UHGV virus genome: UHGV-0073333
Strand: one strand, 5' to 3'
Origin: a virus
DNA length: 15,124 nucleotides
The position numbers were made by a program, and so were the translations under genes. Positions 1-8,464 of this stretch are shown in pieces. Every line of letters starts with the position of its first letter. Positions within the stretch are counted from its first letter, which is position 1. Below the pieces are notes generated by a model. It was not told the origin of the DNA. It ran no database searches and saw nothing but the letters and a program-made list of their open reading frames with translations.

Positions 1-47
1 GGCGTTTCCGGTGGTAGCGTAACCTGCTATCTGAAGGAGGCTGCCAC

Positions 48-242
48 ATGCTGGCTACTACCCCTACCCAAAAACCGCAATTTATCTGGATTATCGCCGC
101 AGTTCGCCGCGATTGCCCGACAATTACCGCCAAAATTCATCATATTGCTGCCGAGTCTGAACGCGATGCTCGCCGTTCTCTGGTGCGCGATCACGTCTGC
201 TTTTTTGCTGGTCGTATCCGCATGGAGGTGGCACATGATTAA
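48..242 (+). CDS. Small hypothetical protein (64 aa), first gene of a translationally coupled operon; possibly Icd-like (weak recollection only)
   Basis: ATG at 48 preceded by AAGGAGG at 34-40; stop TAA 240-242 overlaps next start ATG 235. Confidence 0.55.
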   Translation: MLATTPTQKPQFIWIIAAVRRDCPTITAKIHHIAAESERDARRSLVRDHVCFFAGRIRMEVAHD

Positions 243-453
243 AACCTACGATGTGCATATGGATCCCCTCGAACGCACAAGCCAGATCATCACACTGACA
301 GAAGTGATTAACGACATTCTGGTGAGCAACTCTCCCTCACGAGACGAAAGACTGAAGGCGTTACTCGCGATATTGGATCTCGCCGTTCGTGACGTTCATT
401 TCCTGCTGGAAGGTGGCGAAATGCCAGGAAAAACGGGGGCAACCAATGAATAA
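235..453 (+). CDS. Hypothetical small protein (72 aa)
   Basis: ATG 235 with GGAGG at 224-228; in frame with ORF 145..453; start overlaps upstream stop. Confidence 0.5.
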   Translation: MIKTYDVHMDPLERTSQIITLTEVINDILVSNSPSRDERLKALLAILDLAVRDVHFLLEGGEMPGKTGATNE

Positions 454-640
454 CTCAATTAATGCCCCTCGACTTACGTCCGCACTTCAATTAATCGAGC
501 AAGCAGCGGCTGTCCTGGTTGCTGTCAGTCTTTCGGCTGAAGAAATGGACGCTGCTGATGTCGTGGATGCGATTAAAGCGTGCTCATCTTTGGTTAACGA
601 TGCTCGTGCAGAGCTGGTAATTCTTGGTGGTGAAAAATGA
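446..640 (+). CDS. Hypothetical small protein (64 aa)
   Basis: ATG 446 with GGGGG at 435-439; overlaps upstream stop at 451-453; in frame with ORF 389..640. Confidence 0.45.
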   Translation: MNNSINAPRLTSALQLIEQAAAVLVAVSLSAEEMDAADVVDAIKACSSLVNDARAELVILGGEK

Positions 641-900
641 ATATCAACTTAATTTATCGTCATCCGTGTGAGCTGGAAATTGAATCATTGCTGAGCCGTG
701 AAGAGCCATATCCAGACACATTCACTCTTGCAGATCGCACGACTGAACGGCTTACCAGAGCGCGCACAGGTCTGGTTCATGTGATGAATGAGATTCTTCC
801 ATCGGTGGGAGGGGAACAGGCGACAGTAATCACTAGCTGGCTACAAAAAGTTACCTCTCTGATAGATATCAGTTTAATCGATGCGGAGAGTGCGAAATGA
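637..900 (+). CDS. Hypothetical small protein (87 aa)
   Basis: ATGA start/stop overlap with the upstream gene at 637-640; ORF track. Confidence 0.5.
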   Translation: MNINLIYRHPCELEIESLLSREEPYPDTFTLADRTTERLTRARTGLVHVMNEILPSVGGEQATVITSWLQKVTSLIDISLIDAESAK

Positions 901-1118
901 CCAACATCCAGCTCATTGAAGCACAATGTCGCATCGAACAGGTTCAGACTGTTTTAGGGTTCTGGCTTGAAGGGGCCAGCCCCAGCAACAGAGACAAGTT
1001 AATGATTGGCGCGGTTATGTCACTGCTCAATGGCGTACCAGAAGCTATTCAGGAAGCAGACGAATTGTTGGGCAAATATGAGTTACAGAATCATTCAGGC
1101 GAGGCGAAACATGAATAA
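897..1118 (+). CDS. Hypothetical small protein (73 aa)
   Basis: ATGA overlap at 897-900; ORF track. Confidence 0.5.
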   Translation: MTNIQLIEAQCRIEQVQTVLGFWLEGASPSNRDKLMIGAVMSLLNGVPEAIQEADELLGKYELQNHSGEAKHE

Positions 1119-1713
1119 TTTCTTAACTTTCCATGCAGAAGCAACGCCTGACGGCGTAAACATCATGTACCGCAGCAACGATGGCATGACAGAACGCGTT
1201 GAGGCCGTCTCATATATTGATGCCGTAAATCGTCTGGATGCCGGGGATTATGACGATAAACCAGATGAAGGTATGTCAATACATCTCGCTATAGCCGATG
1301 GCGGCAACCAGGGATATTTCGATTACACATCACAGCATAACGTCATTATGTGGAGATGGCTGATCGCAACAGTATTCATGCTGGAAATGAGAGAGGAAAA
1401 CGGCACTGTCAGCATCATTGATGATACTGGCAATCCTTCCGAAGTGGCTGTTTATTCCAACGGCATCGTCGCCATGCCGCTGTATCCAGTAGCAGAGCGC
1501 CTCGCTATGGCAAACAACATTGAGGGCGCGATGATAGAACGTTTTGGCATCGAGTCTGGCACAGAACGCGCCATCATTTTCTACAGAGCCATGATGGATG
1601 TGGAACAAGGAGCACTGACTCCATTTGGTCGTGAAACGCTTGCTGAACTTCACAACAGCTTTATAGCTGAACTGAATGAAAACGGCATGCCAGCGGAACC
1701 AGTGACGCACTGA
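1111..1713 (+). CDS. Hypothetical protein (200 aa)
   Basis: ATG 1111 overlaps the stop of the upstream gene (coupled); in frame with ORF 1006..1713, whose longer N-terminal extension would overlap the previous gene and is not preferred. Confidence 0.55.
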   Translation: MNNFLTFHAEATPDGVNIMYRSNDGMTERVEAVSYIDAVNRLDAGDYDDKPDEGMSIHLAIADGGNQGYFDYTSQHNVIMWRWLIATVFMLEMREENGTVSIIDDTGNPSEVAVYSNGIVAMPLYPVAERLAMANNIEGAMIERFGIESGTERAIIFYRAMMDVEQGALTPFGRETLAELHNSFIAELNENGMPAEPVTH

Positions 1714-1723
1714 GGATGGAACC

Positions 1724-2065
1724 ATGATTACTAAAAATTTCCGACTGAATGCGCTGGCAAATAAGTATGCGTCGGCACTGTATAACCACATTACCTCCAC
1801 CAGCGGCGGGGACTATTTCATGGTTGATGCGGACGGCGAGGCCGTCCGTGTGGAAATCGTCAATGGAGTAAAAGGCGTTCGCAGCCTGATCGATAGCTAC
1901 ACACTGGCAGCCATGAAAGTGTTCTACCCGCAGTGGGAAACCGTGGGGATCGAGCTTCTTGATCGTTGCGTCACTAAGGACGGATTGACTGACGTCGGGC
2001 GTGAGATATGGCAAAGCATGGTTAATGACATGGGCGCAACTGTAGCGGGAGGTTCTCATGCGTGA
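1724..2065 (+). CDS. Hypothetical protein (113 aa)
   Basis: ATG 1724 with GAGGA at 1712-1716 (7-nt spacer); ORF track. Confidence 0.6.
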   Translation: MITKNFRLNALANKYASALYNHITSTSGGDYFMVDADGEAVRVEIVNGVKGVRSLIDSYTLAAMKVFYPQWETVGIELLDRCVTKDGLTDVGREIWQSMVNDMGATVAGGSHA

Positions 2066-2429
2066 AAATGCAGAAATGGCGCTTAGCTCCGCAATCGGAG
2101 AGCAGGTGGCAAAGATTGCTGGTGCTGTGTGGATTCATAACCTTCATTCTACTGGTGAAGAGAAAATGGCAATTCAGACGCCAGAGGGACGCACCATTAC
2201 TACATCTCTGAAGCCGTCAGATGTTTGTGATCTGATTTGCGCATTCATGTACCCAGCAATGAGGACTGCCCACGGCGATAAGTGGAAACTTGCGACAACC
2301 GCTGAATTTGATATGTGGCTAAACAATGATGGCATGCTGACTGATTACGGAATAACCAAGTGGCAGATGCTGGTTAGCCATATCGCAAACGCTATAGACC
2401 ACGTGGGGTACGGTGATGCGAAACATTGA
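2058..2429 (+). CDS. Hypothetical protein (123 aa)
   Basis: ATG 2058 with GGGAGG at 2047-2052; overlaps upstream stop 2063-2065; ORF track. Confidence 0.6.
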   Translation: MRENAEMALSSAIGEQVAKIAGAVWIHNLHSTGEEKMAIQTPEGRTITTSLKPSDVCDLICAFMYPAMRTAHGDKWKLATTAEFDMWLNNDGMLTDYGITKWQMLVSHIANAIDHVGYGDAKH

Positions 2430-5172
2430 TCTTATCCGTCAGGTTATCAGTGCGTCTGAAAACAACTGGCCTCATGTGCTGGGCTGCCTGAACATAAATG
2501 TCCCTGACTCTCCGCGCCGTCATGCTCCCTGCCCTGCATGTGGGGGCAAAGATCGATTCCGGTTCGATGACAACGGGCGCGGTAGCTTCATCTGTAATCA
2601 GTGCGGCGCTGGTGATGGGCTGGATTTAATTAAACGCGTAAATAACTGCGACACAACAGAGGCGGCGCTTCTTGCCGCTGATGTTCTGGGTATTGATTAC
2701 CGGACAACGGAAACACCAGAAGCCACCAGCCAGAAACGGGAACAACTGGAAACCGAGCGCCAGCGACGCGAACAGGAGCGCCTGAAAAGGGCAGAGAAGG
2801 ACGAACAACAAAGACGGGATACGTTTTCCCGTCAGTTTGATGACATGCGCAGAAAGGCTGTAAACGGCAAATCTGATTATCTGGTTGCGAAAGGGGTAGG
2901 TGATTTTACATTCCCCGTGTTGCCCGATGGATCTCTGTTGCTGGCGCTGGTGGATAAATCCGGCGCAGTAACAGCAGCACAGACTATTACCTCACATGGT
3001 GAAAAAAGACTCCTGACAGGTTCAGCAAAGCGGGGGGCATATCACGCCATAAACGCACCAGAAACAACACAGAGCATCTTAATCGCAGAAGGGCTGGCAA
3101 CGGCATTATCTGCCCATTTAATTCGTCCAGAGGCGCTGACAGTGGCGGCGATTGATGCCGGGAACCTGTTATATGTCGCCCAGGTACTGCGGGATAAATT
3201 TCCTTCAGCACAAATCATCATTGCTGCGGATAACGACCACAGCGAAGGAAGACAAAACACGGGGAGAATAGCAGCAGAAAAAGCAGCTTTATCTGTTTCT
3301 GGATGGGTGGCATTACCCCCGACAGATCACAAAGCAGACTGGAATGATTACCACCAAAAACACGGCATTAAATGCGCCACAGAAGCGTTCAATAAGTCAA
3401 TGTACCAACCACAGGGTAATGGCGTGAAACAGGAGCCACAGACCATTGAGGGAAGCGATTTTAAGGTTATGGATACCGACCCACTGAAACCAAGAATAGA
3501 AAGCCGCGAGGATGGTATTTATTGGGTATCTCCGAGAGCTGACAGCCAGAGTGGAGAAATCATCAATAACGAAAGCTGGTTATGTTCTCCGTTAAGCGTT
3601 ATCGGTACTGGCAGAGACGATAAAGACCAGTATCTCATTCTTCGCTGGCTGTCGTTTGGTTCTGAAACGCCGACAACCGCTGCCATTCCACTGGCTGATA
3701 TTGGTGAACGTGAAGGATGGCGCACACTTAAAGCTGGTGGGGTAAATGTCACGACCAAAAGCAGCCTCAGAGCAATACTGGCAGACTGGCTACAACGCAG
3801 TGGCTCTCGTGAATTGTGGCGTGTTGCTCATGCCACTGGCTGGCAATGCGGAGCGTACATCATGCCTGATGGGGAAATCATCGGAACACCTGAAAATCCT
3901 GTGCTGTTCAGCGGGAGAAGCTCAGCCGCAGCCGGATATACCGTCTTAGGGAGCGCGAAAAGCTGGCGTGATAACGTGGCGCGTCTGGCCTTTGGTAACT
4001 ATTCAATGATGACCGGGATCGGCGCAGCACTGGCAGCGCCATTGATTGGGCTGGTGGGCGCTGACGGGTTCGGCATTCATTTCTATGAGCAGTCGAGCGC
4101 AGGGAAGACCACCACGGCAAACGTGGCGAGCAGCTTATACGGCAACCCTGATTTACTGCGGCTGACGTGGTACGGAACCGCGCTGGGGCTGGCAAATGAG
4201 GCCGCCGCCCACAATGACGGACTAATGCCGCTTGATGAAGTTGGTCAGGGCGCTGATCCTGTCAGCGTTTCACAGTCTGCCTATGCGTTATTTAACGGTG
4301 TAGGGAAACTGCAAGGCGCTAAAGATGGTGGAAACCGGGATCTAAAACGTTGGCGTACAGTGGCAATCAGCACCGGAGAAATGGATTTAGAAACATTTAT
4401 CGCTACTTCCGGGCGAAAAACCAAAGCCGGGCAACTGGTGCGACTGCTGAATATTCCGTTGAGTAAAGCAGTACGCTTTCACGATTACCAGAACGGAAAA
4501 CAGCACGCAGACGCACTGAAAGACGCTTACCAGCATCACCACGGCGCGTCCGGGCGTGAGTGGATTAAATGGCTGGCAGACCACCAGCAACAGGCTATTA
4601 AAACCGTTCGTGATTGCGAAAGCAGATGGAGAAGCCTGATCCCATCCGATTATGGTGAGCAGGTTCACCGTGTAGCCGCGCGATTTGCCATTCTGGAGGC
4701 CGCATTGTTGTTAGGCGAGGTTGTAACAGGCTGGGATGCTCAGACATGCCGTGATGCGATACAGCACAGCTATAACGCATGGTTGCGCGAGTTCGGCACA
4801 GGTAACAAAGAGCATCAGCAGATTATTGAACAAACGGAGGCATTTCTTAATGCCTATGGGCTTAGCCGTTTTGCACCATTTCCATACAGCCCGGCAGATT
4901 TGCCCATCAAAGATTTAGCCGGATACCGTCAGCGTGGAGAACATGACGAAAGCCCAATGATTTTCTACACATTCCCGGCCACATTTGAAAAGGAGATCGC
5001 ATGTGGTTTCAACGCAAAACAGTTTGCTGAAGTGTTGAAAAAAGCCGGGATGCTAACCCCACCAAACAGCGGTCGTGGATACCAAAGAAAATCACCACGT
5101 ATTCAGGGACGACAAATAAACGTTTATGTACTCAATTACCAGCCAGGAGATTATAACTCATCTGAAGAATGA
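2416..5172 (+). CDS. Bifunctional primase-helicase replication initiator, P4 alpha-like (zinc ribbon + TOPRIM + P-loop NTPase)
   Basis: 918-aa ORF; CxxC...CxxC zinc ribbon (CPACGG...CNQCG); TOPRIM signatures (IAEG glutamate, AADND DxD); Walker A-like SSAGKTT; start ATG 2416 (GTG 2413 also possible) overlapping the upstream stop. Confidence 0.88.
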   Translation: MRNIDLIRQVISASENNWPHVLGCLNINVPDSPRRHAPCPACGGKDRFRFDDNGRGSFICNQCGAGDGLDLIKRVNNCDTTEAALLAADVLGIDYRTTETPEATSQKREQLETERQRREQERLKRAEKDEQQRRDTFSRQFDDMRRKAVNGKSDYLVAKGVGDFTFPVLPDGSLLLALVDKSGAVTAAQTITSHGEKRLLTGSAKRGAYHAINAPETTQSILIAEGLATALSAHLIRPEALTVAAIDAGNLLYVAQVLRDKFPSAQIIIAADNDHSEGRQNTGRIAAEKAALSVSGWVALPPTDHKADWNDYHQKHGIKCATEAFNKSMYQPQGNGVKQEPQTIEGSDFKVMDTDPLKPRIESREDGIYWVSPRADSQSGEIINNESWLCSPLSVIGTGRDDKDQYLILRWLSFGSETPTTAAIPLADIGEREGWRTLKAGGVNVTTKSSLRAILADWLQRSGSRELWRVAHATGWQCGAYIMPDGEIIGTPENPVLFSGRSSAAAGYTVLGSAKSWRDNVARLAFGNYSMMTGIGAALAAPLIGLVGADGFGIHFYEQSSAGKTTTANVASSLYGNPDLLRLTWYGTALGLANEAAAHNDGLMPLDEVGQGADPVSVSQSAYALFNGVGKLQGAKDGGNRDLKRWRTVAISTGEMDLETFIATSGRKTKAGQLVRLLNIPLSKAVRFHDYQNGKQHADALKDAYQHHHGASGREWIKWLADHQQQAIKTVRDCESRWRSLIPSDYGEQVHRVAARFAILEAALLLGEVVTGWDAQTCRDAIQHSYNAWLREFGTGNKEHQQIIEQTEAFLNAYGLSRFAPFPYSPADLPIKDLAGYRQRGEHDESPMIFYTFPATFEKEIACGFNAKQFAEVLKKAGMLTPPNSGRGYQRKSPRIQGRQINVYVLNYQPGDYNSSEE

Positions 5173-5194
5173 GCTTCTTCATGTGCGTAGAAAA

Positions 5195-5310
5195 GGTGTT
5201 GGTTCAGTTGGTTCAGTTGGTTCAATTTGTAAAGAGTATTGTTTTATAAGGATTTTATTCTTTTTATTGAACCAACACTGAACCAACAACACGGTATTTT
5301 GAACCAACAC
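5195..5310. repeat. Iteron cluster A: 3 tandem GTTGGTTCA 9-mers, AT-rich spacer, 3 inverted TGAACCAAC 9-mers; ori/crr-like
   Basis: Tandem 9-mers at 5198-5224; inverted copies at 5268-5276, 5279-5287, 5300-5308; 5195-5236 is a perfect 42-bp inverted copy of 13753-13794. Confidence 0.75.
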
Positions 5311-5358
5311 AATGTGACTGAATTGATGCGCACAACACCTGGCTGGCATCAGAGAGTG

Positions 5359-5434
5359 TTTTACGAGACTTTCGTAAAATCCTGTGTACAAGGGCGTGAC
5401 GTTTTTGAAAGTGAGCACTACGAAATTTTCGTAG
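5359..5434. promoter_or_regulatory. Two palindromic protein-binding-site candidates sharing a TTTCGTA half-site
   Basis: TTTTACGA-N5-TCGTAAAA at 5359-5379 and perfect 17-bp palindrome CTACGAAATTTTCGTAG at 5418-5434; same core recurs at 14253-14288. Confidence 0.35.
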
Positions 5435-5628
5435 TTCAAAAAACAGCCTCTGAGAAGTTGTTATGCCTGTTCAGCAAACCATCCGCATAGCTGATCGCGA
5501 ATCAAATTACCAATGGAGCCAGAAGCAAGGGCAGAACTGAAAAGCGCCTGCCGTGAAGAGTAATGCGACACCATAAATATAGTTTTTAGAGTCCATAAAA
5601 AACCTGTCAAAACCTGACACACAGAACG

Positions 5629-5662
5629 ATGCCACCAGCTACTGAGCGGTGGCATTTTTTTG
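5629..5662 (+). terminator. Rho-independent terminator closing the primase operon
   Basis: 8-bp stem ATGCCACC (5629-5636) / GGTGGCAT (5648-5655) followed by a T-run at 5656-5661. Confidence 0.7.
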
Positions 5663-5756
5663 TGCTATTTGTTTCATATTTTGCAATTACGATGATGAAT
5701 ATTGCGATTTGTGAAACTATAATAACTGTTGTTTTATACAGTTCTAAGGGGGCGTT

Positions 5757-5918
5757 ATGGCTATTTCAGTAAAGCAGGTATTGATAAGTGAGAAGCAAAT
5801 GGAAGCGATAAAGAAAATTCAGGAAGAGCAGCGTAAAAAATCAGGAATTGGAGTAGCGCCAACTCTGCATGAAATTGCACGAGGGTTAATAGATAAGGCG
5901 CTGGCAGGCTGTATGTGA
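5757..5918 (+). CDS. Small protein (53 aa), first gene of the plus-strand cargo operon; possibly a ribbon-helix-helix-like DNA-binding protein
   Basis: ATG 5757 preceded by AAGGGGG at 5746-5752; not in the ORF track (below cutoff), translated by hand: MAISVKQVLISEKQMEAIKKIQEEQRKKSGIGVAPTLHEIARGLIDKALAGCM. Confidence 0.5.
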   Translation: MAISVKQVLISEKQMEAIKKIQEEQRKKSGIGVAPTLHEIARGLIDKALAGCM

Positions 5919-5934
5919 AAATGGATGGCATCGC

Positions 5935-6396
5935 ATGGAACTAAAATTTATTGATAACCCTGTGCGATTACAGGCCTTTCTTAACGAGCCAGGCAATACC
6001 GAAAATATTGTTGAGCCGGGGCACACGTACTACATCAAGCCTGATGCGGTATATCTCGGCATCTACGAAGGATTAGTGCTGGCTGGCGTTCATGAAGTGC
6101 GTAACTTCTGGCATAGCGTTGTTGAATGCCATGCGGTGTACGACCCCGGATTCCGTGGTGAATATGCACTGCAAGGGCATCGATTATTCTGCAAATGGCT
6201 TCTCGAAAACTCACCATTCCTTAACAGCATTACCATGGTTCCTGACACCACCAAATACGGACGGGCAATTATCCGTTTGCTTGGCGCTACCCGTGTTGGT
6301 CACCTTGATGATGCTTATATCAGATGTGGTAAACCCGTCGGCGTAACGCTTTATCAGTTAACTCGGCAACAATATAAGGAATTCAGCGAATGTTAA
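5935..6396 (+). CDS. Hypothetical protein (153 aa); occupies the gp14 position of a P22-type ejection cassette
   Basis: ORF track; starts 16 nt after the upstream stop; its stop overlaps the next start (ATGTTAA). Confidence 0.7.
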   Translation: MELKFIDNPVRLQAFLNEPGNTENIVEPGHTYYIKPDAVYLGIYEGLVLAGVHEVRNFWHSVVECHAVYDPGFRGEYALQGHRLFCKWLLENSPFLNSITMVPDTTKYGRAIIRLLGATRVGHLDDAYIRCGKPVGVTLYQLTRQQYKEFSEC

Positions 6397-7043
6397 TTAC
6401 CCACATAGCTCATAAACATCTCAATCGTGCCGTATACGAAAAAGGCGGTGATGGTGGTGCCTCTAAAGCTCAGGCGAAGGCCCAGCAGCAGGCAATTGAT
6501 TTGCAGCGCGAGCAGTGGAATACGGTGATGAATAATCTCAAGCCGTATGCAGAAGTCGGATTGCCTGCTTTACAACAACTACAAGGACTGATGACTCTGG
6601 AAGGGCAGAATAAAGCCGCGAATGATTTCTTTGGTTCTGGTTTATATAAAACACAGGCAGATCAGGCCCGTTATCAGAACCTTGTCTCAGCAGAAGCTAC
6701 CGGGGGGCTTGGCTCAACAGCTACCAGTAACCAGTTATCTTCCATTGCGCCCATGCTTTATAACAATTGGCTTAGTGGGCAAATGCAAAATTATGGAAAC
6801 CTGCTAAATGTCGGGATGAATGCGGCATCAGGGCAGGCAACAGCAGGGCAACTCTTGCAGGGGCTTGGCGCTATTCGTGCAGGTCAGGCGCAGCAGCCAT
6901 CCAGTCTTGCGCGTGGTATTGGTGGGGCGGCATCAGGCGCTTTAGCGGGTGCGCAACTTGGTTCCGTTGTTCCGGGTATAGGTAATGTCGCCGGGGCTAT
7001 TGGTGGTGGGCTTATTGGTCTTGTTGGGGGGCTTGGATTCTAA
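6390..7043 (+). CDS. Gly/Gln-rich protein (217 aa) with a glycine-zipper hydrophobic C-terminus; ejection-protein-like (gp7-like by position and size)
   Basis: ORF track; C-terminal GGLIGLVGGLGF; TAATG overlap with the next gene. Confidence 0.7.
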   Translation: MLITHIAHKHLNRAVYEKGGDGGASKAQAKAQQQAIDLQREQWNTVMNNLKPYAEVGLPALQQLQGLMTLEGQNKAANDFFGSGLYKTQADQARYQNLVSAEATGGLGSTATSNQLSSIAPMLYNNWLSGQMQNYGNLLNVGMNAASGQATAGQLLQGLGAIRAGQAQQPSSLARGIGGAASGALAGAQLGSVVPGIGNVAGAIGGGLIGLVGGLGF

Positions 7044-8464
7044 TGGCGACATGGCAACTTGGCGGGCTGCCTAGCATGGCACCGCAAAATGATAATGCTC
7101 CTCGTTCTTCCGTTCCTCAGCCTGTGCAGTATCAGCAGCAGCCAAACGTAGGTTTAATGGCGCTACAGGGGCTAAGAGGCGTTGCTGAGATTAATCAGCA
7201 GGCACGTCAACAACAGCGTAAAGCAGAGTTTCAGAAAGCATATGCCGGGGCTTTTGAGTCTGGAGACAGAAACAAAATGCGCAGTCTTATTTCTGAGTAT
7301 CCAGAAGAATTTGAAAGCGTTCAGAAAGGGATGGGCTTTATTGATGACGACCAGAGAAATTCTATTGGTCATCTTGCGACTAGTGCTCAAATCGCATCTT
7401 CGCTCGGAACTGGGGCATTTGGAAAATTCATAGCAGATAACGAAGATGAAATGCGTCGCTTGGGAATTTCTCCTGAGTCTGTTGCCGAAATGCATGTTAA
7501 TGATCCACAGGGATTCCAGCGGCTTGCTGGTAGTATGGCACTGTTTTCTCTCGGTCATGAGAAGTATTTCGATATCAAAGATCAAATGGAAGGTCGGGAT
7601 ATTGAGCGTGGCAAGTTGGCAGAAACAATCCGCAGCAATCAGGCTGGCGAAGCACTTCAGGCGAGAGGGCAGGATATTAGCCGAGCAAATGCGTTAACGT
7701 CAGCATATGCACCAACAGCAGCAATGCAGAATTACAATCAGTACGCTCAAATGTTAAAGGCGGATCCAGAGGGGGCGGCGGCATTTGCGGCAGCGGCTGG
7801 AATTAATACAAACGCCAAAAAATTAATGAGTGTTAGAGAAAACGATGATGGCACTGTCACAAAATACTACACAGACGGAAGTGAAGAGCAGGGAAAACTA
7901 AACCAGCCAATATCTGGAGATGGGTTTCGTCCAATAGCTTTGCCAACAGCCCAAAAGATCATGGAAAAGTCGCCAGAAGGGGCTAAAAAAGCTGCTGGAT
8001 TTGCATACAGGGTTAGGGATGCTCTTGATTCAATAGATACACTGAAAGACCAGCTTAGCCCACAGCGAGTGGCGATCATTAATAATGCTTTGGGTAATGG
8101 GACGCTGGCTAACTTAACGCTCAGCCCAATAGAGCAGCAATACGTTGTTAATGCTAATGACGCAATAATGGCAATACTCCGTCAGGAAACAGGGGCATCT
8201 ATCCTACCAGCTGAAATGTCCAAATATTATCAAATGTATTTCCCTCAGCCTGGTGATTCCACAAAAACCATTGATACCAAGCGCCGGAAGATGGAAAACC
8301 AGTTCAATTCGCTGAAAGCTGCTTCTGGTCGAGCTTATGATGCTTTGCGGGTTATTTCAGCAGTTGACAGAGGAACTTCTTCTTCGTCGCAGACATTGCC
8401 GCAATCTGAGCAGGTATCACAGCCAGCAGCCAGCAGTAATTTTTCTTCACTATGGGGTGATTAA
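7043..8464 (+). CDS. Low-complexity Gln/Ala-rich protein (473 aa); ejection/internal virion protein-like (gp20-like by position and size)
   Basis: ORF track; translationally coupled on both sides; no enzymatic motifs seen. Confidence 0.78.
   Translation: MATWQLGGLPSMAPQNDNAPRSSVPQPVQYQQQPNVGLMALQGLRGVAEINQQARQQQRKAEFQKAYAGAFESGDRNKMRSLISEYPEEFESVQKGMGFIDDDQRNSIGHLATSAQIASSLGTGAFGKFIADNEDEMRRLGISPESVAEMHVNDPQGFQRLAGSMALFSLGHEKYFDIKDQMEGRDIERGKLAETIRSNQAGEALQARGQDISRANALTSAYAPTAAMQNYNQYAQMLKADPEGAAAFAAAAGINTNAKKLMSVRENDDGTVTKYYTDGSEEQGKLNQPISGDGFRPIALPTAQKIMEKSPEGAKKAAGFAYRVRDALDSIDTLKDQLSPQRVAIINNALGNGTLANLTLSPIEQQYVVNANDAIMAILRQETGASILPAEMSKYYQMYFPQPGDSTKTIDTKRRKMENQFNSLKAASGRAYDALRVISAVDRGTSSSSQTLPQSEQVSQPAASSNFSSLWGD

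Noticed and set aside
1006-2059. Long N-terminal extension of ORF 1006..1713, and minus-strand ORFs 1330..1800 and 1661..2059
   Set aside because: The extension overlaps the upstream coupled gene in another frame; the minus ORFs are antisense to the coupled plus-strand operon and lack ribosome-binding sites.
2626-4780. Seven antisense or out-of-frame ORFs (60-95 aa) inside the primase-helicase gene
   Set aside because: Fully embedded in a 918-aa gene with clear domain motifs; typical spurious ORFs.
5179-5439. Minus-strand ORF (86 aa) containing EPTEPTEPT
   Set aside because: Its repeat is just the translation of the tandem GGTTCAGTT iterons; no ribosome-binding site; overlaps the origin-like repeat cluster.
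5239-5490. Plus-strand ORF (83 aa) between iteron cluster A and the terminator
   Set aside because: Starts at a TTG with no ribosome-binding site, spans the palindromic sites and lies upstream of the terminator; more likely non-coding.
5461-5655. Minus-strand ORF (64 aa)
   Set aside because: Runs through the terminator hairpin at 5629-5662; no ribosome-binding site.
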